A stretch of 64,000 nucleotides of DNA from an uncultured Solirubrobacterales bacterium (GCA_963702185.1 OY969723.1:742075-806074), one strand, 5' to 3'; shown: positions 36,301 through 43,928, counted from the first letter of the stretch. Notes: generated from the sequence alone by a model not told the origin. Program-made: numbers and translations.

Positions 36301-37325
36301 TCCTCGACGGCGACCCCGGTGCTGTTTTCACTGTCCGCGGCACCCATGCTGTCCGCGCCGCCCAGTTCATAGATCAGCGGTTCGGCGTCCAAGCCCCTCA
36401 GTCCCGGGACGAGCGCCAGCTTGGCCACCAGACAGGGGTTTCGTTCGCAGGGTTCCTGGGGGTGTTCGCCCTTGGGGGCTTCGTGGTCTTTTTTGCGTTC
36501 TTTTTCGCGTTCTGAGATTTCCTGCGCTTCTTCTTCGCGCTGTTCGGAATCGTGGCCGTCCGGCTCGTAGGTGGTGTAGATATCGCCCTGCGAGTCGACC
36601 GCGAACCCCGGCCTGGCCGGGCGCGGGCCTTCGAGGTTTTCGATTTCCAGTTCCGAGGGTTCCCCGAGCGGCTTGTTGGGAGTCTGGTCGGTAAAGCGCT
36701 GCAGCGTGAATTCTTCTTCTTCGTCTTCGCGCTCGACCCAGACGGTGCCGCTGGAGTCGACGGCCACACCGTCGATCATGCCTTCGACTTCTTCTTTTTC
36801 TTCTCGCTTGGAGATCAGCCTACCGAGGAGCACGCCACTGGGACTGAACTTGTCGATCACGGCTTTCTTCCAGGTGCGGTTGGCGATCACATACACGTCA
36901 CCCCGCGACGGGGAGCCGCTCGCGTTATCCACCGCGATCGTCACGGGATCGTCGAGCTGCCCCTTCTTGAAGCCCGCGATCCCCGGCCGGCAGCCGGCGG
37001 TGCAGCGCTCGTAGGCTTCGGTGCCGTCGCCGACCCCGTAGCCCCAGGCTTCGATGAATTCGTGTTCAGGGGCCGGCCCGAAGCGCACGATACGGCTGTG
37101 GGCGCTGTCGAGAACGTAGACGTCGCCCGCGCCTTCGCCGGTGGAGGCTTCATCGACGGCGACCCCGGAGGGCTTGGCCAGCGTGTCTTCCCCGTCGAAC
37201 CGTTCGCCGAACGACCCGCCGAAGACGTGCCCGCGCTGACTGAGCGCGCTCGCCGGTGAGCTGTGGATCAGCAGCGACCCGCAGACCAGCAGCGCGGCGA
37301 GGCCTGCGACGGTCTGCACTCGCAT
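33303..37325 (-). CDS. Giant secreted protein (~1340 aa): NHL-like repeats, FN3-like domain, TolB/PD40-like beta-propeller repeats, basic two-Cys C-terminal module
   Basis: Start chosen at ATG 37325 (MRVQTVAGLAALLVCGSLLIHSSPASA); an upstream GTG at 37388 is possible. NHL-like: GVAVD..GDVYVLDSAHSRIVRF. FN3-like: ELRATIDPSGAATHYRFQYG ... TTYHFRVIA. PD40-like: VSPDGEYLAFMSDRSLTGYNN, GKEDVYQYEP, FDVYDARV. Confidence 0.75.
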   Translation of the reverse strand: MRVQTVAGLAALLVCGSLLIHSSPASALSQRGHVFGGSFGERFDGEDTLAKPSGVAVDEASTGEGAGDVYVLDSAHSRIVRFGPAPEHEFIEAWGYGVGDGTEAYERCTAGCRPGIAGFKKGQLDDPVTIAVDNASGSPSRGDVYVIANRTWKKAVIDKFSPSGVLLGRLISKREEKEEVEGMIDGVAVDSSGTVWVEREDEEEEFTLQRFTDQTPNKPLGEPSELEIENLEGPRPARPGFAVDSQGDIYTTYEPDGHDSEQREEEAQEISEREKERKKDHEAPKGEHPQEPCERNPCLVAKLALVPGLRGLDAEPLIYELGGADSMGAADSENSTGVAVEESTGTQASDDVYLDNGTSVAAFTSTGTLIQRFGSAQLAGGGGSGLTVDAVTGEVLVADASAGRIDIFTPAPPGPPVVEPDSLSAAHVTAGTAELRATIDPSGAATHYRFQYGTGACAEDPSACVEAPAAGGSGGSGGAGSGGADSGGYIGQGFGDEIATAEVAGLAPSTTYHFRVIAENDLAEGTEAVYSEERAFTTQSAAAEALLPDGRAWELVSPPDKHGASIEPIAREGGLVQAAADGRSITYMADAPIGEHEPEGNRAPERAQILSTRTASGWASQDIATPNTGAQGIRGGLTREYQLFSTELQQALVEPPSEAPPNLPEKTIYLRNNSACETATGAAVGAEASTAASCYEPLLTGGPAGDVTAESQFASRVAVAGATPDLSHVILQAGVPLTKGATGAGLYEWIAGKPAREALQLISVLPSGAQASESVSLGGDTVREMSSTAISADGARVVWRTGGAGEGHLYMREVAQGQTLEVDEPNSGTSASKLAPEPVFQTASSDGSRVFFTDSQRLTSESTAPEVPANAAPRDLYAFEPARPAGERLTDLTPDLNGGEGAGVQGSVLAGSAGSLVYFVANGVLAEGAQPGDCRFDAPSGAGCSLYVVHHGAGGWEKPRFIARLSDEDAPDWGRPEPGSNYELKTMTSRVSPDGEYLAFMSDRSLTGYNNFDAASGVADEEVYLYRYGADVGAGADAGGGDGGVSEGGAGEGAGGAGSLVCASCNPSGAQPAGVYDTEESSEGIGLLVDRPQVWGAQYAGVDHWLAASVPGWTPVGLLESLYQSRYLGNDGRLFFNSADALVPRDTNGKEDVYQYEPLGVGGCQTGNTAGGCVALISSGESEQESAFLDASETGDDVFFLTSAKLSALEPETTFDVYDARVCAALGAEPCAGEQAAASVPCASEAECRQAPLPQAGHGSPASSTVSGSGNLIAAHRETLASKSTQAPKAKLTRAQQLAHALKVCKRKKPKRRRVACERKARKRYDSKPAKRARRKGGGR

Positions 37326-37332
37326 GAGGCGC

Positions 37333-37369
37333 GTGCGTGTGAGGCCCGGTCCTTGGGCCCCACACGCAC
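37333..37369 (-). terminator. Strong intra-operon stem-loop between the 316-aa gene and the giant gene (attenuator or processing site candidate)
   Basis: gtgcgtgtg (37333-37341) pairs with cacacgcac (37361-37369). An inner ggccc/gggcc stem extends the helix. The hairpin ends 7 nt upstream of ATG 37325. Confidence 0.45.
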
Positions 37370-37411
37370 ACTGTTCGTTACTGTGCACTGCAACCAGCCA
37401 GTGCTACCGCG

Positions 37412-38362
37412 TCAGGGAGCGGTCACCAACATCGATTCACCGGTGACCTCGGTAGTCGCTTCCTGGGTAGCAGGAGCCTCAGCTGATTTTTCGCCGCTGA
37501 TCACGCTGACCAGCGTGGTGGGCGACGCCGGAGGCGCTTTGCCGGTTTCCAGGTAGTATTCGGTGCCGACTTTGGTTTCGCATTCGGCCTTGGTGCCTTC
37601 GGCTTTGGCGACGCATTCTTCGACCTTGGCGCCGAGGCCGATGGCCACGATGGCTTCTTCTTCTTCTATTTTGGCGCCCAGACCGCCGGCGTACAGATAC
37701 TTCTGCATCACGCCTGCGCCGTGTTCGAACGTATCGGTGGATTTCTTCCCGGCGGCGCCGACGTTGCCGGTGACTTCGCCGATCACGGCGCCCACGGCCG
37801 TCACGTCGAGGCCTTCGCATTCATAGAACGCGAGCGGGCCCGTGCCGGGACTGGCGGCGCTCGTGGTCAGGATGCCGACTTTGCTGCCGGAACCGAGCGG
37901 AACCAGCTCGCCGAGCAGCAGTTCGGTCTTGATCTTGCCTTTGCCCTCGCCGACGGAGTTGCAGTTTTTGGCTCCGTTTTTGCAGCCCTTGTATTCAACC
38001 GTCGTCAGGCTGGTTTTGGGGCCGGTTATCTCACCTGAGGTCTTTTCGCTGGTGCACGCCGTCGCGCCTTCCACTTTCTGCGCGAACGGGTTGACCAGCT
38101 TATTCACGCCCGCGCCGCCCTTGCCCTTGGTGGTCACTTTCTTGCCGGCGTTCCATTCGCCCAGTTCGTACTTGCCTTCCCCTGCGCCGTTGACCGACGA
38201 GCAGGCCTTGTCGTTGTATTTGCCGGTGTATTTGCCGTCGATCTTTTTGGTCGTCAGGCACGTCTTGTATTCAGGCGCCGACGCCATGGCGGACGCCGCG
38301 ACCATCGCGCTGAGCGCGAGGACCGCCACCAAGCACAGCCCAGCGGTGCTGATGCGTTTCAT
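37412..38362 (-). CDS. Secreted Lys/Gly-rich Cys-paired protein (316 aa), unknown function; first gene of the secreted-protein operon
   Basis: Start trimmed to ATG 38362 (MKRISTAGLCLVAVLALSAMVAASAMA, a signal peptide), with GGGAG 6 nt upstream. It is visibly less GC-rich than its neighbours and has many AAA/AAG Lys codons. Confidence 0.7.
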   Translation of the reverse strand: MKRISTAGLCLVAVLALSAMVAASAMASAPEYKTCLTTKKIDGKYTGKYNDKACSSVNGAGEGKYELGEWNAGKKVTTKGKGGAGVNKLVNPFAQKVEGATACTSEKTSGEITGPKTSLTTVEYKGCKNGAKNCNSVGEGKGKIKTELLLGELVPLGSGSKVGILTTSAASPGTGPLAFYECEGLDVTAVGAVIGEVTGNVGAAGKKSTDTFEHGAGVMQKYLYAGGLGAKIEEEEAIVAIGLGAKVEECVAKAEGTKAECETKVGTEYYLETGKAPPASPTTLVSVISGEKSAEAPATQEATTEVTGESMLVTAP

Positions 38363-38519
38363 CTCCAACTCCCTTCGACTGATGACTCGATTGCCGATCG
38401 GCGTCCGGGCATGCCGCGCACACCCAGCCTCCGATTCCTGTCGCCAGCCGGCCCCCTCCAATGAGACCCCTGCCAACGGCTCCCTGCTTTTTGACAAAAG
38501 GGCGATCGACAAACCGCCC

Positions 38520-38568
38520 CTTACGTCAAACGGCACGATGACATAAACCTCCACTTACGTCAAGTAAG
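38520..38568 (-). promoter_or_regulatory. Two copies of CTTACGTCAA (TTGACGTAAG on the coding strand) upstream of the secreted-protein operon
   Basis: Copies at 38520-38529 and 38554-38563, 34 nt apart. The second is part of the palindrome cttacgtcaagtaag (38554-38568). Each contains a TTGACG -35-like hexamer. Confidence 0.4.
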
Positions 38569-38593
38569 AACGGGGCTCCGAAACGGCCAAACA

Positions 38594-39295
38594 TCAAACC
38601 GGCTCTTGGCCGATCTGGTTCAAACGGCGCACGACCACGGTCCGATCGGCTTCGGCGACGATCTCCCAGTCAGCGGGACGCCGCGCCGCGGCAGCCCCAC
38701 CTCCGATCCCGGCCTTACCTCCATCCTCACCGCCGCTGCCGCGGAAATGGCGATCGACGACAGCGGTCGGCCCGGGCAGGCCGCGGCCACCTGGCCGGTG
38801 CAGGCGGGCGTCGTGGAAGACGACATGACCCCCGACCGGCACGAAGCGCTGCCAGCCAGCCCAGTCGAGCTCGCAGCCGGCCTCGGAGTGATCGCCGTCG
38901 ATGAACACCAGATCGACCTCGCCGCCACGCCAGTCGCGGGCCAGATCGGCCGAGAGACAGGTGTGCCAGCACACAGTCGGCGCACCGCCCGCGCCCGTTC
39001 CCCGCGCGCGGCTCGCATGGCTCCCACCGTACCCACGCGCACGGCCGGCCCCATGCCCCCGCGCGCGCAGCGCCCGCGCGACCACACGCCGGGTCGCCCA
39101 CTCGACGGCGCCCCAGCCGGAGGGCAGCGCGTCGGGGTGGCGCCCGAACGGATCGACCAGGTGCAGCTCGGCGTCGGCCGGGAGTGTCTGGCAGAGAGCG
39201 ATCGCCGAGGCGCCCTCGTACACGCCGATCTCCACCACCAGGCGCGCGTCGCGAGCGACATCGAGCAGCAAAGAGAGGTCGGCGTCGGAGTGCAT
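38594..39295 (-). CDS. Class I SAM-dependent methyltransferase (O-methyltransferase/Methyltransf_24-like)
   Basis: VVEIGVYEGASAIAL (SAM motif I) and DLVFIDGDHSEAGCELDW. There is a Gly/Arg-rich insertion (RARGHGAGRARGYGGSHASRARGTGAGGAP). The start is set to the first ATG downstream of the IscA stop. The longer 38594-39646 ORF would overlap the IscA gene. Confidence 0.6.
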   Translation of the reverse strand: MHSDADLSLLLDVARDARLVVEIGVYEGASAIALCQTLPADAELHLVDPFGRHPDALPSGWGAVEWATRRVVARALRARGHGAGRARGYGGSHASRARGTGAGGAPTVCWHTCLSADLARDWRGGEVDLVFIDGDHSEAGCELDWAGWQRFVPVGGHVVFHDARLHRPGGRGLPGPTAVVDRHFRGSGGEDGGKAGIGGGAAAARRPADWEIVAEADRTVVVRRLNQIGQEPV

Positions 39296-39399
39296 CGCGC
39301 GCGGCGGGATCAGCCCGGCGCCGAGCGCCAGGGCGCGCAGACGCGTGTCATCGCGCAGACGCGCGGGAGTCAGCTTGCGGACGCCGGCGGGAAGGGGGC

Positions 39400-39753
39400 T
39401 CAGACCGCCGAGACCTGCTCTTCGTCGGCCACGCGGAACGAGGACCCGCAGCCGCAGGCGGCAACCACGTTCGGGTTCTCGACCTTGAACCCGGCGCCCT
39501 GCAGCGTTTCCTGGTAGTCGATGATCGACCCGCGCACGAACGGCAGGCTCTCGCGGTCGACCAGCAGCTTCAGGCCGTGGGTCTCGAACACGGAGTCGTC
39601 GTCGCGCTGCTCGTCGAAGGCAAGCTGGTACTGAAAGCCCGAGCAACCCCCGCCCCGTACGCCTACGCGCAGACCGGCAAGGCTCGCGTCGGCCTCCTGG
39701 GCGGCCAAAAACTCGCGCACCTTCTCGGCGCCCTTGTCGGTGATCGTGACCAT
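39400..39753 (-). CDS. IscA/ErpA/HesB-family Fe-S cluster insertion protein
   Basis: 117 aa from ATG 39753: MVTITDKGAEKVREFL ... RVGVRGGGCSGFQY ... CGCGSSF (conserved Cys triad). Confidence 0.9.
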   Translation of the reverse strand: MVTITDKGAEKVREFLAAQEADASLAGLRVGVRGGGCSGFQYQLAFDEQRDDDSVFETHGLKLLVDRESLPFVRGSIIDYQETLQGAGFKVENPNVVAACGCGSSFRVADEEQVSAV

Positions 39754-39802
39754 TGCTATCGAAAGTATAGCGCTGGAGCGAGAGCGGCTAAGCTGGTCTG
39801 GC

Positions 39803-40033
39803 ATGCCGAGCGCAGAGGAAATCAGGCAGCGCATCGAGGCCGCGATCCCCGGCGCGCAGGCCGAGGTCGAGGACTGGACAGGCGGCGGTGACCATTTCAA
39901 GGCCACGGTCACCGCGCAGGCGTTCGCCGGGCGCAATCGCATCGAGCAGCACCGGCTCGTGTACGAGGTGTTCGGCGAGGAGATCGGCGGCCCGATCCAT
40001 GCCCTGTCTCTGAGCACCCACGTCCCGAAGTAA
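39803..40033 (+). CDS. BolA-family protein
   Basis: 76 aa from ATG 39803: GGGDHFKATVTAQAFAGRNRIEQHRLVY ... IHALSL. Confidence 0.8.
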   Translation: MPSAEEIRQRIEAAIPGAQAEVEDWTGGGDHFKATVTAQAFAGRNRIEQHRLVYEVFGEEIGGPIHALSLSTHVPK

Positions 40034-40063
40034 CCACCCACACCCCAGCCACCAGGAGCAGCC

Positions 40064-40417
40064 ATGTCAGACGAGACCAATCAGATCCGCGAGGCGATCG
40101 AACAGGCGATCGAACAGAACCAGACGATCCTGTTCATGAAGGGCACGCCCGAGGCGCCGGCATGCGGATTCTCGGCTCGAACAGTCGCCGCGCTGAAGGA
40201 GCTGCAGGCGCCGTTTGCGGCCGTGGACATTCTCCCGGACCCCCGCATCCGCCAGGAGCTGTCGGCGATATCCAACTGGCCGACGATCCCCCAGCTGTTC
40301 GTCGCGGGAGAGCTCGTGGGCGGCTGTGACATCGTGATGGAGATGTACGAGTCGGGCGAGCTGGCGCAGACGCTCGGGCTCAACCCCGCACCCGCACACG
40401 CCACGCCCACGCAGTGA
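40064..40417 (+). CDS. Monothiol glutaredoxin (CGFS type, Grx4 family)
   Basis: ILFMKGTPEAPACGFS ... WPTIPQLFVAGELVGGCDI. Confidence 0.9.
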   Translation: MSDETNQIREAIEQAIEQNQTILFMKGTPEAPACGFSARTVAALKELQAPFAAVDILPDPRIRQELSAISNWPTIPQLFVAGELVGGCDIVMEMYESGELAQTLGLNPAPAHATPTQ

Positions 40418-40487
40418 GCCGCGCCGGTGTGAGGAGTACCGCCAGTTCCACGATCCGCGCCAGTGCTGCGCGCGCCAGTGCGATAGC

Positions 40488-41366
40488 TTGCCGGCAGGGA
40501 TGCCAGCTTCCGTCGCGGTAGTAACCGACAGCACTCAGTATCTGCCGCGCGAGCTGGCGGACGCGCGCGGCGTGCACCAGGTAAGCCTGTACGTGGGCTG
40601 GCAGGGCGAACCGGAACGCGAGCTGGACATGGACGGGTTCGACGCGTTCTACGCGCGCCTGCGCACCGATCCCGAGCTGCCGACGACCTCACAGCCCTCG
40701 ATCGGGGACTTCCTCGCCGTGTGGGAGCCACTGCTCGAGCAGGGGCACGACATCGTCTCGATCCACCTGGCCGGTGGCATCTCCGGCACGTGCGAGGCGG
40801 CCAGGCAGGCGCGGGAGCTGTTGAGCGAGCGGGGCCTCGGCGACCGCGTCGAGGTGGTCGACTCCGAATCGGCGTGCGGCGGCACGGGTCTGTTGGTGCT
40901 GGCGGCGGCCGCTGCCGCGAGCGCGGGCGCGGATCGGGCCGCGGTGGTGGAGCGCGTGCGCGAGACGCGCGGCGTCCTGAAAATGTGGTTCTGCCTGGAC
41001 ACGCTCGAGTACCTGCGACGCGGCGGGCGCGTGGGCAAGGCGCAGGCGTGGCTGGGCGGCACGCTGCGGATCAAGCCGATCCTCTCGATGGAGTACGAAA
41101 TCGTGCCGGTCGAGCGCGTGCGCACCGCCGGACGGGCGTTCGAGCGGATGGTGCAATACGCGCGCGAACTGCGGCAGGCCGGCTCGGACGGGTGGGTCGT
41201 CCAGCACATCCAGGCCCCCGAGCAGTCAGAGCGCCTGATCGAGCGCTGCCTCGAGATCTTCGACTCAGAGCCGGTCTTCACCTCCGAAGTCGGCCCGGTC
41301 ATCGGCACCTACACCGGCCCTGGCCTGATCGGGGTGGGCGCGGTGCCGCGCACGCTGCTGAGCTGA
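40488..41366 (+). CDS. DegV-family fatty-acid-binding protein
   Basis: VAVVTDSTQYLP, PTTSQPSIGDF, SIHLAGGISGT, LEYLRRGGRVGKAQAWLG. Confidence 0.85.
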   Translation: MPAGMPASVAVVTDSTQYLPRELADARGVHQVSLYVGWQGEPERELDMDGFDAFYARLRTDPELPTTSQPSIGDFLAVWEPLLEQGHDIVSIHLAGGISGTCEAARQARELLSERGLGDRVEVVDSESACGGTGLLVLAAAAAASAGADRAAVVERVRETRGVLKMWFCLDTLEYLRRGGRVGKAQAWLGGTLRIKPILSMEYEIVPVERVRTAGRAFERMVQYARELRQAGSDGWVVQHIQAPEQSERLIERCLEIFDSEPVFTSEVGPVIGTYTGPGLIGVGAVPRTLLS

Positions 41367-41582
41367 TCAGCGCTTGCGCCGACGTCGCAACAGGCGACTG
41401 CCAACCAGCAGACCCACCACAACCGCGCCACCGATCTTCAGTTCGCGTTCGTGACGCGCGATGTGACCGCGCCAGTCGGTCAGGTAGGCGACCTCGCCGC
41501 GCAAGTTCGAGATCGAGACCGCCAGCTCGGCGCGGTTGGCCTCGATTGAGTCGCGGATCTCCGCAGGCGAGCGCTGCGCCAT
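41367..41582 (-). CDS. DUF3618-like small membrane-anchored protein
   Basis: 71 aa: MAQRSPAEIRDSIEANRAELAVSISNLRGEV ... C-terminal TM helix plus RRRRKR. Its ATG overlaps the upstream stop by 1 nt (TGATG). Confidence 0.65.
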   Translation of the reverse strand: MAQRSPAEIRDSIEANRAELAVSISNLRGEVAYLTDWRGHIARHERELKIGGAVVVGLLVGSRLLRRRRKR

Positions 41583-42163
41583 CAGGCTCCACCCTCTCCG
41601 GGCGCGTGCGGAGCCGCGGCGCCATAGGGCGTCGGCGTCGATCCGGACACCGAACCGGTCGCGCCCGTGGACGCGGCAGATGACGGCGAACCCGTACCCG
41701 AGGCGGCCGGGGTCGTGGCGGTGGCGCCCGCCCGGGGCGTGGGCGTGGACTCCGGGGCTGCCGTAGCGACCGTGTCGCGGATGCGGCGGGCCTCCTCGAT
41801 CGCCAGGTCGGGCGTGGGCGGCGAGCCGCGTTTGACCGCCCGCGCGGCCAGGCCGCCGGCGAGCACGCCCAGGACCAGCAGGATCCCGGCCATCGCGAAA
41901 AAGCCCCAGAAGAAAGCCCACACACCGACCGGCAGGTAGTAGTAGAGCAGCCAAGCGCAGCCGATCAAAAAGAAGAACAGCGCCGTGAGCAGGAACACCC
42001 CGGCGACGACCGCGACGACCGCGCCCCGGGCGAGCCGGCCCACCTTCTGCGCGACCTCGGTCTTGGCCAGCTCGATCTCCTCGCGCACGAGCGCGGTCGC
42101 GCGCTCGGACACGTCGGCGATCGCGGCGGCGATGCCCTTGGGCACCTCCTCCTCGCCGCTCAC
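41582..42163 (-). CDS. Holin-X-like (phage holin family) 2-TM membrane protein with Ala/Thr/Pro-rich tail
   Basis: Start set to GTG 42163 (GTGA overlap with the upstream gene). LVREEIELAKTEVAQKV is followed by two TM helices. Confidence 0.55.
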   Translation of the reverse strand: MSGEEEVPKGIAAAIADVSERATALVREEIELAKTEVAQKVGRLARGAVVAVVAGVFLLTALFFFLIGCAWLLYYYLPVGVWAFFWGFFAMAGILLVLGVLAGGLAARAVKRGSPPTPDLAIEEARRIRDTVATAAPESTPTPRAGATATTPAASGTGSPSSAASTGATGSVSGSTPTPYGAAAPHAPGEGGA

Positions 42164-42294
42164 TCCGGCGGCTCCTCGCCGAGCAGGGCCACCCACACGC
42201 GCGCGGCGAGGCGATGCGCCACGACGCTGGCCAGCGCCCCGACTCCCGCCAGCAGGCCCGACCACATCAATCGCTTGACGACATCGTTTTCCAT
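42160..42294 (-). CDS. DUF4235-like small membrane protein
   Basis: 44 aa from ATG 42294: MENDVVKRLMWSGLLAGVGALASVVAHRLAARVWVALLGEEPPE. Confidence 0.55.
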   Translation of the reverse strand: MENDVVKRLMWSGLLAGVGALASVVAHRLAARVWVALLGEEPPE

Positions 42295-42328
42295 GTTGCC
42301 AGGGGAGTGTATTGCTATGCGAGGACGC

Positions 42329-43075
42329 TCACCGAGCCGGCGCACTCGCCGGCGCCGCATCGGCGGGCGTAGTCGCAGACGCGCTCGCCGGCGTACTCGC
42401 GGACGCACCCGCCGGCATACTCGCAGACGCGCTCGCCGGCGTACTCGCAGACGCACTGGGGGGCGAGCCCGCGTTGGCTAGGAGCAAGCCGCCGCACACG
42501 GTCTCGATCACCAGGCGCTTGGCCTGCTCGTAGTGCTCCTCGCCGTCCGGCAGCAGACCGAAGATCCAGCCGGTGAGCACCTGCTCGATCGCGCCGTAGA
42601 AGGCGATCGCCGCGAACTCGGCGGTGATCTCGGGCTTGAACTCACCGGTGGACTGGGCGGCGGTGACAATCTCTGCGATCAGCGTGAACGCCTCGCGGAT
42701 CTGGGCGAGATGGGTCTGCCCGAAGGAGTTGGCCGCGCGGGTGACCTCGACGATGATCACCTTCATCAGCTCGGGGTCGTGGCTGTAGGAGTCGATGATG
42801 AACGAGGCGATCGCGCGCAGCTTCTCGCGCGCCGGGATCTCCTGGGCATCGACGTGACGGATCGTCTCGAGCATGATCGCCCAGCGCTCGAGGAACAGCG
42901 TGTCGAGGATCTCGTCCTTGGAGGCGAAGTAGTGGTACACGAGGCCATACGCCACCCCCGCCTCATCCGCGATGTCGGCCACGCGGCAGGCATGAAACCC
43001 CTGCCGCGCGAACACCCGCACGGCTGCATCGAGGATGGCACGGCGCTTGTCGGTGGTGGCCCGTGTCGCGCTCAC
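42329..43075 (-). CDS. TetR-family transcriptional regulator with repeat-encoded Ala/Ser/Thr/Pro tail
   Basis: Start at GTG 43075 (GTGA overlap with the nitrilase-family stop). The HTH region is KRRAILDAAVRVFARQGFHACRVADIADEAGVAYGLVYHYFASKDEIL. Confidence 0.85.
   Translation of the reverse strand: MSATRATTDKRRAILDAAVRVFARQGFHACRVADIADEAGVAYGLVYHYFASKDEILDTLFLERWAIMLETIRHVDAQEIPAREKLRAIASFIIDSYSHDPELMKVIIVEVTRAANSFGQTHLAQIREAFTLIAEIVTAAQSTGEFKPEITAEFAAIAFYGAIEQVLTGWIFGLLPDGEEHYEQAKRLVIETVCGGLLLANAGSPPSASASTPASASASMPAGASASTPASASATTPADAAPASAPAR
42373..42456. repeat. About 3.5 tandem copies of a 24-nt unit (tcgcagacgcgctcgccggcgtac) encoding the TetR C-terminal tail
   Basis: Units at 42373-42396, 42397-42420 (diverged) and 42421-42444, plus a partial unit. 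They encode ASASTPAS-type octapeptides. Confidence 0.85.
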
Positions 43076-43902
43076 CAGCGGTACACCTCCGGACGCCGGC
43101 CCGCGAGCGCGGGCAGCTCGGCCCGGATCTGAGACTGGCGCTCGAAGTCGAGCTGTGCGATCGCATAGCCCTCGCCGTCGGGCGCCTGGGCGAGCACGAC
43201 GCCCCACGGGTCGACGATCATCGAACGCCCGCCCGAGCGCATCCCGCCGGGGTGGGGGCCGACCTGGTTTGAGGCGATCACGTAGGCCTGGTTCTCGATC
43301 GCCCGCGCGCGGACGAGGACTTCCCAGTGATCGCGCGTGGTCGGCAGCGTGAACGCCGAAGGCAGCGCGATGATGCGAGCGCCGCGGGTGACGAGGATGC
43401 GGAAGATCTCCGGGAAGCGCAGGTCGTAGCAGACCGCCAGACCCAACTCGACCTCCGGCTCCCCGCCGGCGGAGGTGCGGCTGAGCACGATCTCATCGCC
43501 CGGCAGCTCCAGCTCGGACTCGCGATAGGAGCGGCCGTCGATCGTGACGTCGAACATGTGCAGCTTGCGATACACCGCTCGCACGCCCCCGGAAGCACTG
43601 ACGTGGACGCAGGTGTTGGCAAAACGGTCCTCGCCGGGGATGCGCTCCAGGAAAGAGCCCGCGACGAGATCGACACCGAGCTCCACGGCGGTCGCCCGCG
43701 CCCATTCGACCGCGCGCCCGTCCAACGGTTGAGCGGCGGCTCGCAGCTCGGCCTCGACGCCCATCGCGGTCCACTTCTCGGGCAGGACGATCAGCTGCGC
43801 CCCGTCGGCGGCTGCCTCCCGCGTAAGGCGATCGACGTTGGCTAGGTTAGCGTCGAAATCGGCGCTGCTGTTGAGCTGGATTGCCGCTGCCTTCATGTGC
43901 AT
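43072..43902 (-). CDS. Carbon-nitrogen hydrolase (nitrilase superfamily, Nit/YbeM-like amidase)
   Basis: LIVLPEKW (Glu), YRKLHMFD (Lys), LGLAVCYDLRFPE (Cys): the catalytic triad context. Confidence 0.85.
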   Translation of the reverse strand: MHMKAAAIQLNSSADFDANLANVDRLTREAAADGAQLIVLPEKWTAMGVEAELRAAAQPLDGRAVEWARATAVELGVDLVAGSFLERIPGEDRFANTCVHVSASGGVRAVYRKLHMFDVTIDGRSYRESELELPGDEIVLSRTSAGGEPEVELGLAVCYDLRFPEIFRILVTRGARIIALPSAFTLPTTRDHWEVLVRARAIENQAYVIASNQVGPHPGGMRSGGRSMIVDPWGVVLAQAPDGEGYAIAQLDFERQSQIRAELPALAGRRPEVYRW

Positions 43903-43928
43903 CCCGCCGCCGTGTGTCGCGGCAATGA

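Noticed and set aside
37326-37388. GTG 37388 as the start of the giant NHL/propeller protein.
   Set aside because: It would add 21 residues (MHSNEQCACGAQGPGLTRTRL) before an otherwise canonical signal peptide and would make the strong hairpin coding sequence. ATG 37325 gives a standard n-h-c signal. This is not excluded, only less likely.
38594-39646. Full 350-aa ORF for the methyltransferase.
   Set aside because: Its first ~117 codons are Arg-rich and overlap the well-supported IscA-like gene in another frame. The methyltransferase fold begins after ATG 39295.
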